From positions 124,001 to 188,000 of the forward strand of contig NIVC01000575.1 of NCBI GenBank assembly GCA_002269645.1: 64,000 nt of DNA. Direction: 5' to 3'. Below, one piece after another: positions 1 through 12,580 of the stretch (the stretch's first letter is position 1; every line of letters starts with the position of its first letter). The stretch is from Macrostomum lignano. Lineage: Eukaryota. Under the pieces are notes generated by a model. It was given only the letters and a program-made list of their open reading frames with translations. It was not told the DNA's origin and did not search any database. Both the position numbers and the translations under genes were made by a program.

Positions 1-354
1 GAGATTCTGTCCGGCCACCTCGTCTGGCACTGTCGCGACAGCCGCCAGCTGCCCGCCGCCATCGGCGCCCACGCCATGCTGCTGCCCGACCTGCTCATCC
101 TGGCGCCGCACCGACGGGAAGACGCGGCAGCCGCGGGCCCGATTCTCAGTCAGCCTCTCCGGCTGGTGGAGTGCTGCTCCGCCCAGTTCGACTTTGCCCA
201 GAATCCCCGACTGCTCTGTCTGTCCTTCGCTTGCGGCCGCACGCTCCTGCTGGAGGCGCCAAGCGGCGAAGCTAAACAGCTGTGGCGCAGCTGCATCACT
301 AGGAGGCTGGGAGAGCTCAGCGGATGGCAGCTGGGACCCACCGACTGCTATTGA
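1..354 (+). CDS. Terminal coding exon of a PH-domain protein (gene begins left of the window; possibly RhoGEF DH-PH type)
   Basis: Frame 1 is open from base 1: EILSGHLVWH...HAMLLPDLLILA...FDFAQNPRLLCLSFACGRTLLLEAPSGEAKQLWRSCITRRL. This has the PH-domain ending (beta strand, LxAxS, then a helix with W). TGA at 352-354. Family assignment is by eye. Confidence 0.6.
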   Translation, partial: EILSGHLVWHCRDSRQLPAAIGAHAMLLPDLLILAPHRREDAAAAGPILSQPLRLVECCSAQFDFAQNPRLLCLSFACGRTLLLEAPSGEAKQLWRSCITRRLGELSGWQLGPTDCY

Positions 355-390
355 GGATGACAGGTTCCGGTGGAAAGACGTTACTGAACT

Positions 391-682
391 GCTCTCACTG
401 CTCTACTCATTCATCTCCGCTCTCCACTCTCCGCTCTCTACTCTCCACTCTCTACTCTCCACTCTCTACTCTCTGTTCTCCGCTCTCCGCTCTCCGCTCT
501 CCACTCTCCACTCTCTACTCTCCACTCTCTACTCTCTGTTCTCCGCTCTCCGCTCTCCACTCTCTACTCTCTGTTCTCCACTCTCCGCTCTCCACTCTCC
601 GCTCTCCACTCTCCGCTCTCTAATCTCCGCTCTCCACTCTCCGCTCTCCGCTCACCACTCTCCACTCTCCGCTCTCCGCTCT
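391..682. repeat. CT-rich ~7-bp tandem repeat (CTCTCCA/CTCTCCG/CTCTCTA)
   Basis: Direct reading; explains the LHSPLST-type ORFs. Confidence 0.9.
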
Positions 683-1578
683 CCGTTCTTCACCCTTCTA
701 TTATTAAGTGCCATCTAAAAACCCAGTCGAAACCCTCAGCCTCAAGGTTCCCGACCTTCGATTCCCCAGCGAGACAGCCCACCCCTCTCCGTCCGCTCCA
801 GAGTGTCGGATTCCTCTGGCGTCGCCAGTCAGTAATGCATTAGGTTATTTTAAACAGTACGAATTGGTTGGTGCGGTGCTGTAGAAAAATTTGCTTCGAA
901 GCGAAATGCTCGCGTAACTTTCAGACATTCACAGAGGTCCACCTGCTCTTCTATGCTAACCTGTTTTTTGAGTTTCTTTTTTATAAATTGTGTTTGAAAT
1001 GCAGTCGATAAAAGTTCTGCTGTTTTGCTCCCAGCCTCAAAGTGTAAATAAAGGCCCTTCATACAATAAACCAGTCAGCGTTAAGTCGCTATTCTAAGAA
1101 TTTGCTGTGCTTCGCGTGACATTGATTTTTGGTTTGCATGGAATTCATTTCAAACTCGGCGCTGGCTGAGGACTGCATGGGGGAGCGCCATCGACCTTCG
1201 GCAGTTCGGCGGGAGAGAAGGTCAAATCTGGCAGTCAGAAACAAGTGACCAAAAATTGGCGGAGTTTCCCTTCAAATCCCCTCAGCAAAGGTCAGGCCGG
1301 GTCGCTGCTTGAAGTGTTTGGGCTGCTGCCGGCCTTTTTGCCCCAAAAACCGTCCGGTCATGAATGGCCGGCGAAGGATGCTGCGGCTGCCCCCTAGCCA
1401 GGGGTTACATCATCATCCTCTGCAGGCAGAATTATTTTCCCAGCAAAGTCTTTTACGAGCGGAGAAGAATAAACATGGCCTTGCCGCTCCACTGCTTCAG
1501 GATGCTGAAGAGAGAAGAAAATGAATTGCTTTTCAGCCCTTCTATTATGGGCATCATCAAAGGTAATGTCGGTAAGAC

Positions 1579-2050
<472 letters not shown>

Positions 2051-2329
2051 GTAGATACACAGACAGTCCCAATGGCTCTCCAGCTGTTAAGAGCCTATAG
2101 GTGAGGCTAGTCTGCATTCATTTCCAAATGCACCTGTCTGCGCACGTCTGTCTCTTGAGTTATTTTTTATAAAATGAATGGCCCGGCACGCCACACATTT
2201 TGATTTACTTCTTCGCTCACAAGAGGCGGCAATCTGTTGCACAGCCCGGGTAATGTATGCCCAGGGCGCGTGACACTTGCCGACAGGGAGGTGTTGGAGC
2301 CGCTTGGCCGGAAACCTTGCCTTTATTTG

Positions 2330-2570
2330 AGGTAGGCAGATAGGTAGGTAGGTAGGGAGGTAGGGAGGTAGGTAGGCACGTAGGTAGGTAGGTAGGTAGG
2401 TAGGTAGGCAGATAGGTAGGTAGGTAGACAGGTAGGGAGGCAAGGTAGGCAGGTAGGCAGGTAGGCAGGTATGTAGGTGGGTAGGTAGGTAGGTAGTAGG
2501 TAGTAGGTAGTAGGTAGTAGGTAGGTAGGTAGGTAGGTAGTTAGGTAGGCAGGCAGGTAGGTAGAAGTAG
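2330..2570. repeat. (GGTA/GGCA)n microsatellite
   Basis: Direct reading. Confidence 0.95.
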
Positions 2571-3423
2571 TAATTCATATTTCCAATATCTGCATTCCCC
2601 TATGGATTCCCCGTCGCGCACTGTTCAAAGTAATGAAGAATTTGCTGGGAGCAGCCAGATAATGCAAAACAGGGCAGCAACTAAATGTTAATGGCCGCTG
2701 CCTGCATGGCACATAAATATGCAATTCTAGTCTTTGGTTGGCAAGGAGGGCACCAATGCGCTGCTAAATAAAAAATGCCTGAGAAAACCCAAATTAGCAA
2801 ATTAGACAGACGATGACAGGAAGTGCGGGCACTCTTAGCACTGCTGCTTGACGGGTGGCCCAAATGACTCAAAATTTGTTTTTCTAAGGCGCTGTATAGT
2901 AGTATAATTCTGCGTCATTAGATCCCAAAAATATCGATAAATAAACGCATTATTCTTACTATAAGTAGAGTAGTAAGGAAAAAGACAGGATCTCCAGCAA
3001 AATCAATGTACTCTCTCGCCAAAGTAGAAATCCCTGCTTGGCCCGTGTAAGGTAAGCTCGTGTATTTATAGATCCCCAAGCCAAAACTCTGTCGCTAAGC
3101 CTCTCCCTGCCTACAGGCGAAGGCTGAGAGAGAGAGAAAGAGATGATTTGGGGGAAGGGAGAATGAATTCATGCATGAGGAGACGCGGGGACTTCCCCTG
3201 CCCTCGGATTGGTTCCTGCTGGAGCGCGGAGACCCCCTCCCCGGACTCCGCTGAGCACAGGGACTCAGCAGTGATAGATAACGAGAGAAACAGGGGGGCT
3301 ACTGCCAGGAGTGCAGAAGCAGCAACGGCAGCAGAAGCAGAAATAAACAAAGCAGCGCAGAATTTAACCGGTCTGCCTTCCATCGATCTTCTCCCCCATC
3401 ATCCAAAAAACTCGGACAGACAG

Positions 3424-6400
3424 CGATGGACGAAGAGCTGGTGTCCGAGGGTGCTCGCCTGAGGCTGAGCTGCCGCATCACGGGCCGGCCGCCGCCGCGG
3501 GTCTCCTGGCTGTTCAACGGTCGGCCAATGGACGGCCGGCGGGCGAAATTCGGCACCGACTCGGACCCGGAGCGGGGCGAGTTCTGGCTCGACCTGCCGG
3601 CGGTTCGCCGTGGCGACGCCGGGGTGTACTCGGTGGTCGCTGAGAACTGCGAGGGCCGCGTCGAGTCCAGGTGTCACGTGCGGGTCGCCGCGACTTACGA
3701 CACCTCTGGAGGTGGACGTGAGCTGCTGAATTGAGCCGATCGATCCTACATAAACCTGTCTGCCTACACCTGTCTTGAGTGTCTGCCTACACCTGTCTTG
3801 AGTGTCTGCCTACACCTGTCTTGAGTGTCTGCCTACACCTGTCTTAAGTGTCTGCCTACACCTGTCTTGAGTGTCTGCCTACACCTGTCTTAAGTGTCTG
3901 CCTACACCTGTCTTGAGTGTCTGCCTACACCTGTTTTGAGTGTCTGCCTACACCTGTTTTGAGTGTCTGCCTACACCTGTCTTAAGTGTCTGCCTACACC
4001 TGTCTTGAGTGTCTGCCTACACCTGTCTTAAGTGTCTGCCTACACCTGTCTTGAGTGTCTGCCTACACCTGTCTTGAGTGTCTGCATACACCTGTCTTGG
4101 GGGTGTCCATTCACCTGTCTTGAGTGTCTGCCTACACCTGTCTTGAGTGTCTGCATACACCTGTCTTGGGGGTGTCCATTCACCTGTCTTGAGTGTCTGC
4201 CTACACCTGTCTTGATTGTCTGCATACACCTGTCTTGGGGTGTCCATTCACCTGTCTTGAGTGTCTGCCTACACCTGTCTTGAGTGTCTGCATACACCTG
4301 TCTTGGGGGTATCCATTCACCTGTCTTGAGTGTCTGCCTACACCTGTCTTGGGGTGTCCATTCACCTGTCCCGAGTGTCTAGCCCAATGCTTTGCCTGTC
4401 TGCCTACATATTTTGGTTGTCTGCGCACCTGTTGTTGAGAATCTTATTCATCTTTTTTCAGTCCCTTTGTCCATCCGATCTCACACTCATAAATGTAATT
4501 TCCAGGCGGAACTCTGAGCAGCAGCTATGAGCATTAGCATTAGCATATCACCTCCCGTCTCCACATACTCACTCCACTCCACGTCAAGCCCTCTTATCGA
4601 TCAACAAACCATAAAACTTGCAGCGCTTGATCAGAGTCCCCCCTATTATTCCTCTGCACGGGTGGACTATGGCCGCCCGCCACTGCTGTTTGTCAGCGCC
4701 GGCTGGGGTCTTATGGACTGCGCCTCCAGATAGGGAGAGGCACAGGCAGAGAAAATCAGTCTTATTTCAATATCGACCGCCGGTGCCGCGGCCCTGTACT
4801 TGACATCGATTTCCTTCGGTTGTCCTCTCCGCCGCCCCCCCCCCCCTGCTTCTGAGGGTCGGGTGGGGCTTCGGAAATATTTTTGTGTCCTGCAATCCAA
4901 CAGCACAGGACCTGGCTGAGGCTCACTTATTTCATTCCCGACTGAAAACAATTATAGTCTCCTCATTCACAGTCTCTTCATTCACAGTCTCTTCATTCAC
5001 AGTCTCCTCATTCACAGTCTCTTCATTCACAGTCTCCTCATTCACAGTCTCCTCATTCACAGTCGCTTTATTCACAGTCTCTTCATTCACAGTCTCCTCA
5101 TTCACAGTCGCTTTATTCACAGTCTCTTCATTCACAGTCTCCTCATTCACAGTCTCTTCATTCACAGTCTCCTCATTCACAGTCTCCTCATTCACAGTCT
5201 CTTCATTCATAGTCTCTTCATTCACAGTCTCCTCATTCACAGTCTCTTCATTCACAGTCTCTTCATTCACAGTCTCTTCATTCACAGTCTCTTCATTCAC
5301 AGTCTCTTCATTCACAGTCTCTTCATTCACAGTCTCTTCATTCACAGTCTCTTCATTCACAGTCTCTTCATTCACAGTCTCTTCATTCACAGTCTCTTCA
5401 TTCACAGTCTCTTCATTCACAGTCTCTTCATTCACAGTCTCTTCATTCACAGTCTCCTCATTCACAGTCTCTTCATTCACAGTCGCTTTATTCACCTTCA
5501 CAATCTCTTCATTCACAGTCTCCTCATTCACAGTCTCTTCATTCACAGTCGCTTTATTCACCTTCACAATCTCTTCATTCACAGTCTCTTCATTCAAAGT
5601 CTCTTCACTCACAGTCTCTTCATTCACAGTCTCTTCATTCAAAGTCTCTTCACTCACAGTCTCTTCATTCAGTCTCCTTATTCACAGTCTCTTCATTCAC
5701 AGCCTCTTCATTCACAGTGTACTCATTCCAGTCTCTTCATTCACAGTATTTTAATTCAGAGTCTCTTCATTCACAGTTTCTTCATTTACAGTGTGCTAAT
5801 TTACAGGCTATTTATTCACAGTCTCCTTATTCACAGTCTCTTCATTCACAGCCTCTTCATTCACACTGTGCTCATTCACAGTCTTTTCCCCAATTCCCTG
5901 CACCCTTTTCAAAATGCCCATACCGCTCTCAGCTTACCTGATGAAGGCACATCTTGAATGGTTTACGATCTACCACAGGCCACACCGGAATTCAGCCTCT
6001 TCATCAGCTAGCTATTTCAGCAGCGGAGTTCATTGCATTGGATTTTGAACTAATTAATAATTAATTACCTATCTGGCGGCGCAGTCGGGACCAGACACAC
6101 GGGAAGCTAGACCTATTAATAGAAATCTTTGCTTGGCAATTCAGTTGCAGCGTTTGCAGGCTTTGGACAAATTTACGATATTGATTTTGGTTTCTATAAG
6201 GACCTCAAAGTAAATGCTTGTTAGTTTGTCAGAACTTTCAAAGTAAGGGTATAAATATTTATACCCTTATAAACATGTAATGGGGCGATTCTTTCCATAC
6301 GTTGAGTTACTGGGCTTCTTTGGTCAGGTCTCCTGACCGATCTCATAACCCAACCACAGGCCAGCATTCGATCCAGCACTTGACTTTGATCGACATCTTA

Positions 6401-9400
6401 CTTTACTCTCGACCCAGACTCTCGACCCAGACTCTCGACCCAGACTCTCGACCCAGACTTTCAACCCAGACTCTCGACCATGCAGGCTCTCGACCCAGAC
6501 TCTCGACCCAGACTCTCGACCAGGCTCTCGACCAGGCTCTCGACCCAGACTCTCGACCAGGCTCTCGACCAGGCTCTCGACCCAGACTCTCGACCAGGCT
6601 CTCGTCCCAGGCTCTCGACCCAGACTCTCGACCCAGACTCTCGACCCAGACTCTCGACCAAGACTCTCGACCCAGACTCTCGACCCAGACTCTCGACCCA
6701 GACTCTCGACCCAGACTCTCGACCCAGACTCTCGACCCAGACTCTCGACCCAGACTCTCGACCCAGACTCTCGACCAGGCTCTCGACCCAGACTCTCGAC
6801 CCAGACTCTCGACCAGGCTCTCGTCCCAGACTCTCGTCCCAGACTCTCGACCAGGCTCTTGACCCAGGCTCTCGTCTTAGACTCTCAACTAGGCTCTCGA
6901 CCCACCTACAGAAACAGATCGAGTCCTTATCTCTTTATCTACCTATCGATCCAACCCTAGACCCATCCGTTGACCCATCCGTTGACCCGTCCCTTGGCTC
7001 ATTCCCTGACCCATCCCTTAATCTATTTTTTGACCCATCCCTTTATCCACATCCCTTGACACATCCCTTGACCCGTCTTTTGACCCATTCCTGGATCCAT
7101 ATCCCTTCACCCACCCCTTAACCCGTCCCTTGACCCGTCCCTTGACCCATCCCTTGACCCATCGCTTAACCTTGACCCTTGACCATTGACTAACCTCTAG
7201 CCCCATCTCTAACCCAAACTCTTAGCCCCATCTCTGACCCAAACTCTTAGCCCCATCTCTGACCCAAACTCTTAGCCCCATCTCTGACCCAACCCATCAG
7301 TCCCCTCTAGACGCGTGCCCTTCCGCTCCCCCTGACCCTCCATCGCGCAGCTTACCGGCTACTCCCTGACCCTCTGCCGCCAGACCCAGCGCCCAGTCGC
7401 GGATCGCCTCTGGCATCTCCGACTCCGTTCGCGCCGAGATTCTCCGGCAGCTTCAGCGAACAGCTGGACGTGCAAGTTGGCGACAAGGTGACCTTCATCT
7501 GTACAGTTCACGGCTATCCCAGGCCGCAGGTTGCCTGGCACAAAGATGGAGCGCGTCTCCATAGCAACAACTTTGTCATGGTGAGCCTCGCTTTGGGTAG
7601 CATTAGCTCTGGTTGTATTTTGCATTTTTGTTTGATTTTGATGCTTTTAAAAACCATTGATCAATTTACAGATTTGCAGCGAGGTAACAAATTGCTCTAT
7701 TCCATCTACACAATTGCATGCCAGTTCCTGCACTTTTATTGTACGAGCTATTAAAAATGCTCACTATCATTGCTCTCTGCATCTAGCAATGGAGACGACT
7801 TTCCTAGCAATTTAGCTAGCTTCTGCTTCTCTGCTTAAGTCTGAATGCTTCTGAGCAGGAAATGACTATATTCTCATGCATGAAAAACTATAGGAGCTGG
7901 ATTCAGCTGACAGGGCATTAGTGTGCAGGTGACATTAAGGTGGAGGTGACAGGGCATTAGTGTGTAGGTGGCATTAATGTGGAGGTGACAGGGCATTAGT
8001 GTGCAGGTGACATTAATGTGGAGGTGACAGGGCATTAGTGTGCAGGTGACATTAATGTGGAGGTGACAGGGCATTAGTGTGCAGGTGACATTTGTGTGGA
8101 GGTGACAGGGCATTAGTGTGCAGGTGACATTAATGTGGAGGTGACAGGGCATTAGTGTGCAGGTGGCATTAATGTGGAGGTGACAGGGCATTAGTGTGCA
8201 GGTGGCATTAATGTGGAGGTGACAGGGCATTAGTGTGCAGGTGGCATTAATGTGGAGGTGACAGGGCATTAGTGTGCAGGTGACATTAATGTGGAGGTGA
8301 CTCGCCCGCCATGAATTTATACGACTCAGTGCAACTCCAGCAAGCAAGGTCTGACAAAAATGTCTCTTCCTCAGCTCTCTGAATCAGGCGACGAGCACAA
8401 GCTGCTGATGCAGCACGTGACGCTGGATCACGCCGGACTATACAAGGTGGAAGCCTGGAATCCCATCGGCTCCACCGAGTGCCAGTGCCTGGTCAGAGTG
8501 TCCGAATCTAATGAAACCTACCAGCCGAAGAAGCCGGAGCAGCAGTGGCAGCCAGTTGTTCTGTCGGCTGTCAGACGTGCCAGCATTGACAGCGAACACG
8601 GCGTTGTCAATGGCAACGCCTGCGAGACTCAGGCGGACGAGACGGACAACGAGGAGCTGCGGCGAAGGCAGCAACGTGTCCAGTGGCAGCAGCTGAAGCG
8701 TCAGTCACCGCCGGAATTTTTGCGCCTATTCCGGGACGAGTTCTGCCGGCCCGGCGACCGAATGTCGCTCGAATGCGAGATAAGCGCCTGGCCGGAGCCA
8801 GAGGTACGTTTGGAGGGCGCGGATTCCGAGTTTATCTTGAATTAAATATACTTGTATATACCAAACCAATATTCTGGGGTCAATTAGGGATGTCACGCAG
8901 CTGTCGCGTGATTGTAGGTCATAGGAAGAAACATGCTATTGTCACGTGACTTCTTTCTTGGCCAATTAGGGGCAGCATGCGCGCGTGTCTACGTTCTAAG
9001 TTTCTTAGAGGCTTCTGAGAAATTCCCAAGGCCGTTGGTCACGGGAATGCCGCGTGGCAAATTTCAAGGTCAAACTATATGCTCTATATAATTCAATAAT
9101 GTAGGCCTATGAAACAAGTGACCTTGAACCATACACTTTATCGCGTCGCCTTGAAACTGTACTTTTGCCGAGATTTTATTCGGTCAGCAAATAATTCTCC
9201 TCCGCTATCGTCACGTGTTGCATGTACATTCAACTAAAACAATTCTTTTAAATAGAAACTGGGCATCAACAGAGAATCCTTAATCAAAAGGACCAGTTAT
9301 TATGTTAGATAGCTCCTGATTTGAACTCCAATATTTATTAAAAAGCATAACCCAATAATAATATAAAAAAATTGAAGGTAACTTGGAGTTTCCGCGGCCA

Positions 9401-10041
9401 ACCAATCAGAGCAGATGACAGCCGGTTTGAAGTTTATCAACGCGGCCAAACACACCGCCTGCTGGTGCACCGGGTCACTGTCGCAGAGGCTGGGCGGTAC
9501 AGCGTGACAGCCGAGAATGACTCGGGCATTGCCACCTGTTCAGGCTTGCTCATTGTACAGGGCTCAGATACCATTGACAGGTAATGAGATGGGTATAGAG
9601 ATATGTCATAGGTACATGCAAGTCAGAGGACGATGGCTCATACGATGAATTATTAATGAGTGTCATTGTTAGATTAGATATAAGCTGGACTGGTCTTTGA
9701 GAGCTACTATTTCTGATTGGCTATTGAGAGCTTCCCGATCTCTGATTGGCTAATGAGAGCTTCCCGATCTCTGATTGTCTACGAGAGCTTCCTGATCTCC
9801 GATTGGCTAATGAGAGCTTCCCGATCTCTGATTGGCTCGCAGCTCTCGGATCGTGGCGGCGGTGGGTCAGGGCGCCAGCGGCAGCGCCAAGACCGAGTGG
9901 GTGATCTTCCATCGCGGAGTTCGCAATGGCGGCGCCTCTTCGAGGCCAGGCAGTGTCCACAGCGCCGGCAGCGGCTACTGGAGCGGCAACGACAGAATGG
10001 TCAACGGCACAGCAGTTCACAGCAGGCCGTGGAGACCCTGA
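3424..10041 (+). CDS. Multi-exon protein with three Ig I-set domains (titin/obscurin/palladin-like muscle-type Ig protein); 5' end uncertain
   Basis: Phase-consistent exons: ~3424-3717 (VSEGARLRLSCRITGRPPPRVSW...DAGVYSVVAENCEG; donor GTGAGC), 7351 or 7384 to 7580 (APRFSGSF...GDKVTFICTVHGYPRPQVAWHKDG; GTGAGC), 8375-8803 (DHAGLYKVEAWNPIGS...PPEFLRLFRD...CEISAWPEPE; GTACGT), 9378-9580 (VTWSFRG...EAGRYSVTAENDSG; GTAATG), 9843-10041 (stop TGA). Ig domains 2 and 3 are completed exactly across the splice junctions. Confidence 0.85.
3755..4375. repeat. 23-bp intronic minisatellite (TGCCTACACCTGTCTTGAGTGTC), with longer variant units at the 3' end
   Basis: Direct reading; lies in the Ig-gene intron 3718-7350. 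Confidence 0.95.
4955..5885. repeat. 15-bp intronic minisatellite (TTCATTCACAGTCTC)
   Basis: Direct reading; source of the SSFTV and NEETV pseudo-ORFs. Confidence 0.95.
6407..6905. repeat. 13-bp intronic minisatellite (ACTCTCGACCCAG)
   Basis: Direct reading. Confidence 0.95.
6955..7290. repeat. Degenerate 12-bp (CCCTTGACCCAT) repeat followed by about four copies of a 25-bp unit (CTCTTAGCCCCATCTCTGACCCAAA)
   Basis: Direct reading. Confidence 0.85.
7909..8300. repeat. 39-bp intronic minisatellite (GACAGGGCATTAGTGTGCAGGTGACATTAATGTGGAGGT)
   Basis: About 10 copies in intron 7581-8374; gives a 13-aa period in the antisense ORF. Confidence 0.95.
9711..9840. repeat. 29-bp repeat x~4.5 (CTGATTGGCTAATGAGAGCTTCCCGATCT) abutting the 3' splice site at 9841-9842
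   Basis: Copies at about 9713, 9742, 9771, 9799 and 9828. Confidence 0.9.
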
Positions 10042-10734
10042 GAGAGCATCGCTGGGCAAAAGTTTCCAGTATCCTCGGATCAGACTAAATCGAACCGCCG
10101 AGAACATAAAAATCGGTATTAGGAGTGACAGAGAATACTTTAAAAATAGTCGATTTTCGTACTTTTGTTTTCCCTCACTCCTCCTGCATAAATAAAGTTG
10201 TACGAGCTCGTAAACCCCGTATCGCCACTGACTCTCGCCATAGAGTATTTTTTAAAAATAAAGTACATTCTTTTCAAAGGCAAATCTATATAAAAAGTTA
10301 CTGTCCATATTTTTTCATTAGATTTCATGTACTTTCATAAACCTCAGTGCCTCACACTTGATCGTGTACACGGACTACCATAAATATGCCCTGCTCATAA
10401 AAGCCGTTAAATTGAATTTGCGCGGATCTATTTAGGTAGGCCCTAATATTTATTTTATCCCGAGCTGGCTCTAAATGCTTTTTCTCATTAAGATCGTGCA
10501 GTGACTGAAAACTACTGAGAAAAGTTTTATCTATTTTTGTCTCACTTTAAAAACACCAGAAATCAGTAATTTGTGCGCTTTATCTTCTTTTGGAAATTCA
10601 ATATTGTAGTATGTTGTCTACAATACGTTGTCTCCGTATTGTTGTAGAGTTAAGCACAGTTGGCCTCGGTTAGTACTTGAAGTTGAATAGGTAGGCGGCT
10701 GCTTGTTGGTGTTCGCCGTGAAAGCTGCAGCCCA

Positions 10735-10925
10735 CCCTGCTGCGATTGGCTGGCAGCTCTGCTCTGAGCTCCAACTCACCCTGCTGTGATTGGCTGGCAG
10801 CTCTGAGCTACAGCTCACCCTGCTGTGATTGGCTGGCAGCTCTGAGCAACAGCTCACCCTGCTGTGATTGGCTGGCAGCTCTGAGCAACAGCTCACCCTG
10901 CTGTAATTGGCTAGCAGTTCTGAGC
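10735..10925. repeat. 39-bp repeat x~5 (CACCCTGCTGTGATTGGCTGGCAGCTCTGAGCAACAGCT)
   Basis: Direct reading. Confidence 0.9.
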
Positions 10926-12026
10926 ACAATAGCTTTTGCTAACTACAGTTCTACCTTCTTATGCAGCATTAATCTATAACTTTTCTAAAAGCAAGGACAA
11001 TACAGATGTACTGTAGCAACGACTTAAAAGACGTAAAAAAGAAAAGTGGACGAAAATCTGGAACATTCTACATTTTGCGGGGCGCCTTGTGAAAAGATGG
11101 TTAGTCAATACACAGCACAGGAAGTAGGAAAAGTACAATAGAATGCAGCCATTTCCTACCAACCAAGGTCTGGAGTCGCTAACTCTCTACTCACGTACCA
11201 TAGGAAGTCACCTGCCCATCAAGAAACATAATTACAGCAGAATCGATGCACACCTTGGAGTTATAGGGGGCATCATTAACCCTTGCATTGGACAGGCCAT
11301 TGTTCTCCTTAAAGCCATCTTAAGTCCTAGCCAAAAAATTCTAAATTTGAATAGTGCAACTTCTCACCTCACCAAAAATTGAAAAATTTGAGCAGTTCTC
11401 AACGAAACCGGACCCCGAGGGAAACTGAACCACTGGTCAGTTCTGGTTGCCAAGCAACAAGGCTTGAAAATTGAAATGCAAATGAAAAAAGTTTGCAAAA
11501 TGCTTCTTTCAATTAGTAAACTAGCCTACTCCCAACTACCCTACTTACAGTAAAAGGTATGATCGTGAGAATTAAAATCATTTAAAACCGACGAGAAATT
11601 CTTCTGATTATTTCATAAATCCTAATAAGATGACACGAAGTAACGACAATATTTTTTGTTATATTTTCACTGGTTGTTATGATTAGTTAAATTTATTGCG
11701 GAACAAAACACCGGAAACAAAGATGAATATAGAAAAACGAATAATCAAATCAATCATGAAACACTACAGACACTATAAGTTGTTAGGGCTACAACAGAGG
11801 TTGAAAACGGAGAATCAGTCAAATGGCTATATTGTATGTCTCGGCGCTATAATGAGTTGAATAATATAAATTTGACAAATCATAGGGGCGATAAATTGAT
11901 TTCAGTTTCTGATTCAGAATAGCCATGACAAAACTGCTAGCATAATTATAATCATAAATATGATGGCGTTAGAAAATGATGTGCATTAGGAGTCTAGGGT
12001 TAATCAAGGAGTCTGAAAAGATTGAA

Positions 12027-12465
12027 ATGAGTCAGAGAGGACTCAGATGAGTTAGAGAGGACTCAAATGAGTCAGAGAGGACTCAGATGAGTCAGAGAGG
12101 ACTCAGATGAGTCAGAGAGGACTCAGATGAGTCAGAGAGGATTCAAATGAGTCAGAGAGGACTCAAATAAGTCAGAGAGGACTCAAATGAGTCAGAGAGG
12201 ACTCAGATGAGTTACAGAGGACTCAAATGAGTCAGAGAGGACTCAGTGAATGAGAGGACTCAGATGAGTCAAAGAGGACTCAGATGAGTCAGAGAGGACT
12301 CAAATGAGTCAGAGAGGACTCAGATGAGTCAGAGAGGACTCAGATGAGTCAGAGAGGACTCAGATGAGTCAGAGAGGACTCAGATGAGTCAGAGAGGATT
12401 CAAATGAGTCAGAGAGGACTCAGATGAGTCAGAGAGGACTCAGATGAGTCAGAGAGGACTCAGAT
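12027..12465. repeat. 20-bp minisatellite (GAGTCAGAGAGGACTCARAT) with an internal GAGTC/GACTC inverted repeat
   Basis: About 22 copies, downstream of the ESD stop. Confidence 0.95.
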
Positions 12466-12580
12466 AGGAACAAAAAGTGCTGGAGAATCGAAAGGTAAGA
12501 AAACTTGAAGACAACCAGACAGCAATGGCAGATGAGCTCAGATTAAAGCTGTCGATCTCTCAATTCCGTAAGTCAGAAAT

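Noticed and set aside
4885-5754. Long SSFTV / NEETV ORFs as repetitive proteins
   Set aside because: A 15-bp stop-free minisatellite inside the Ig-gene intron; open on both strands; no start or splice support.
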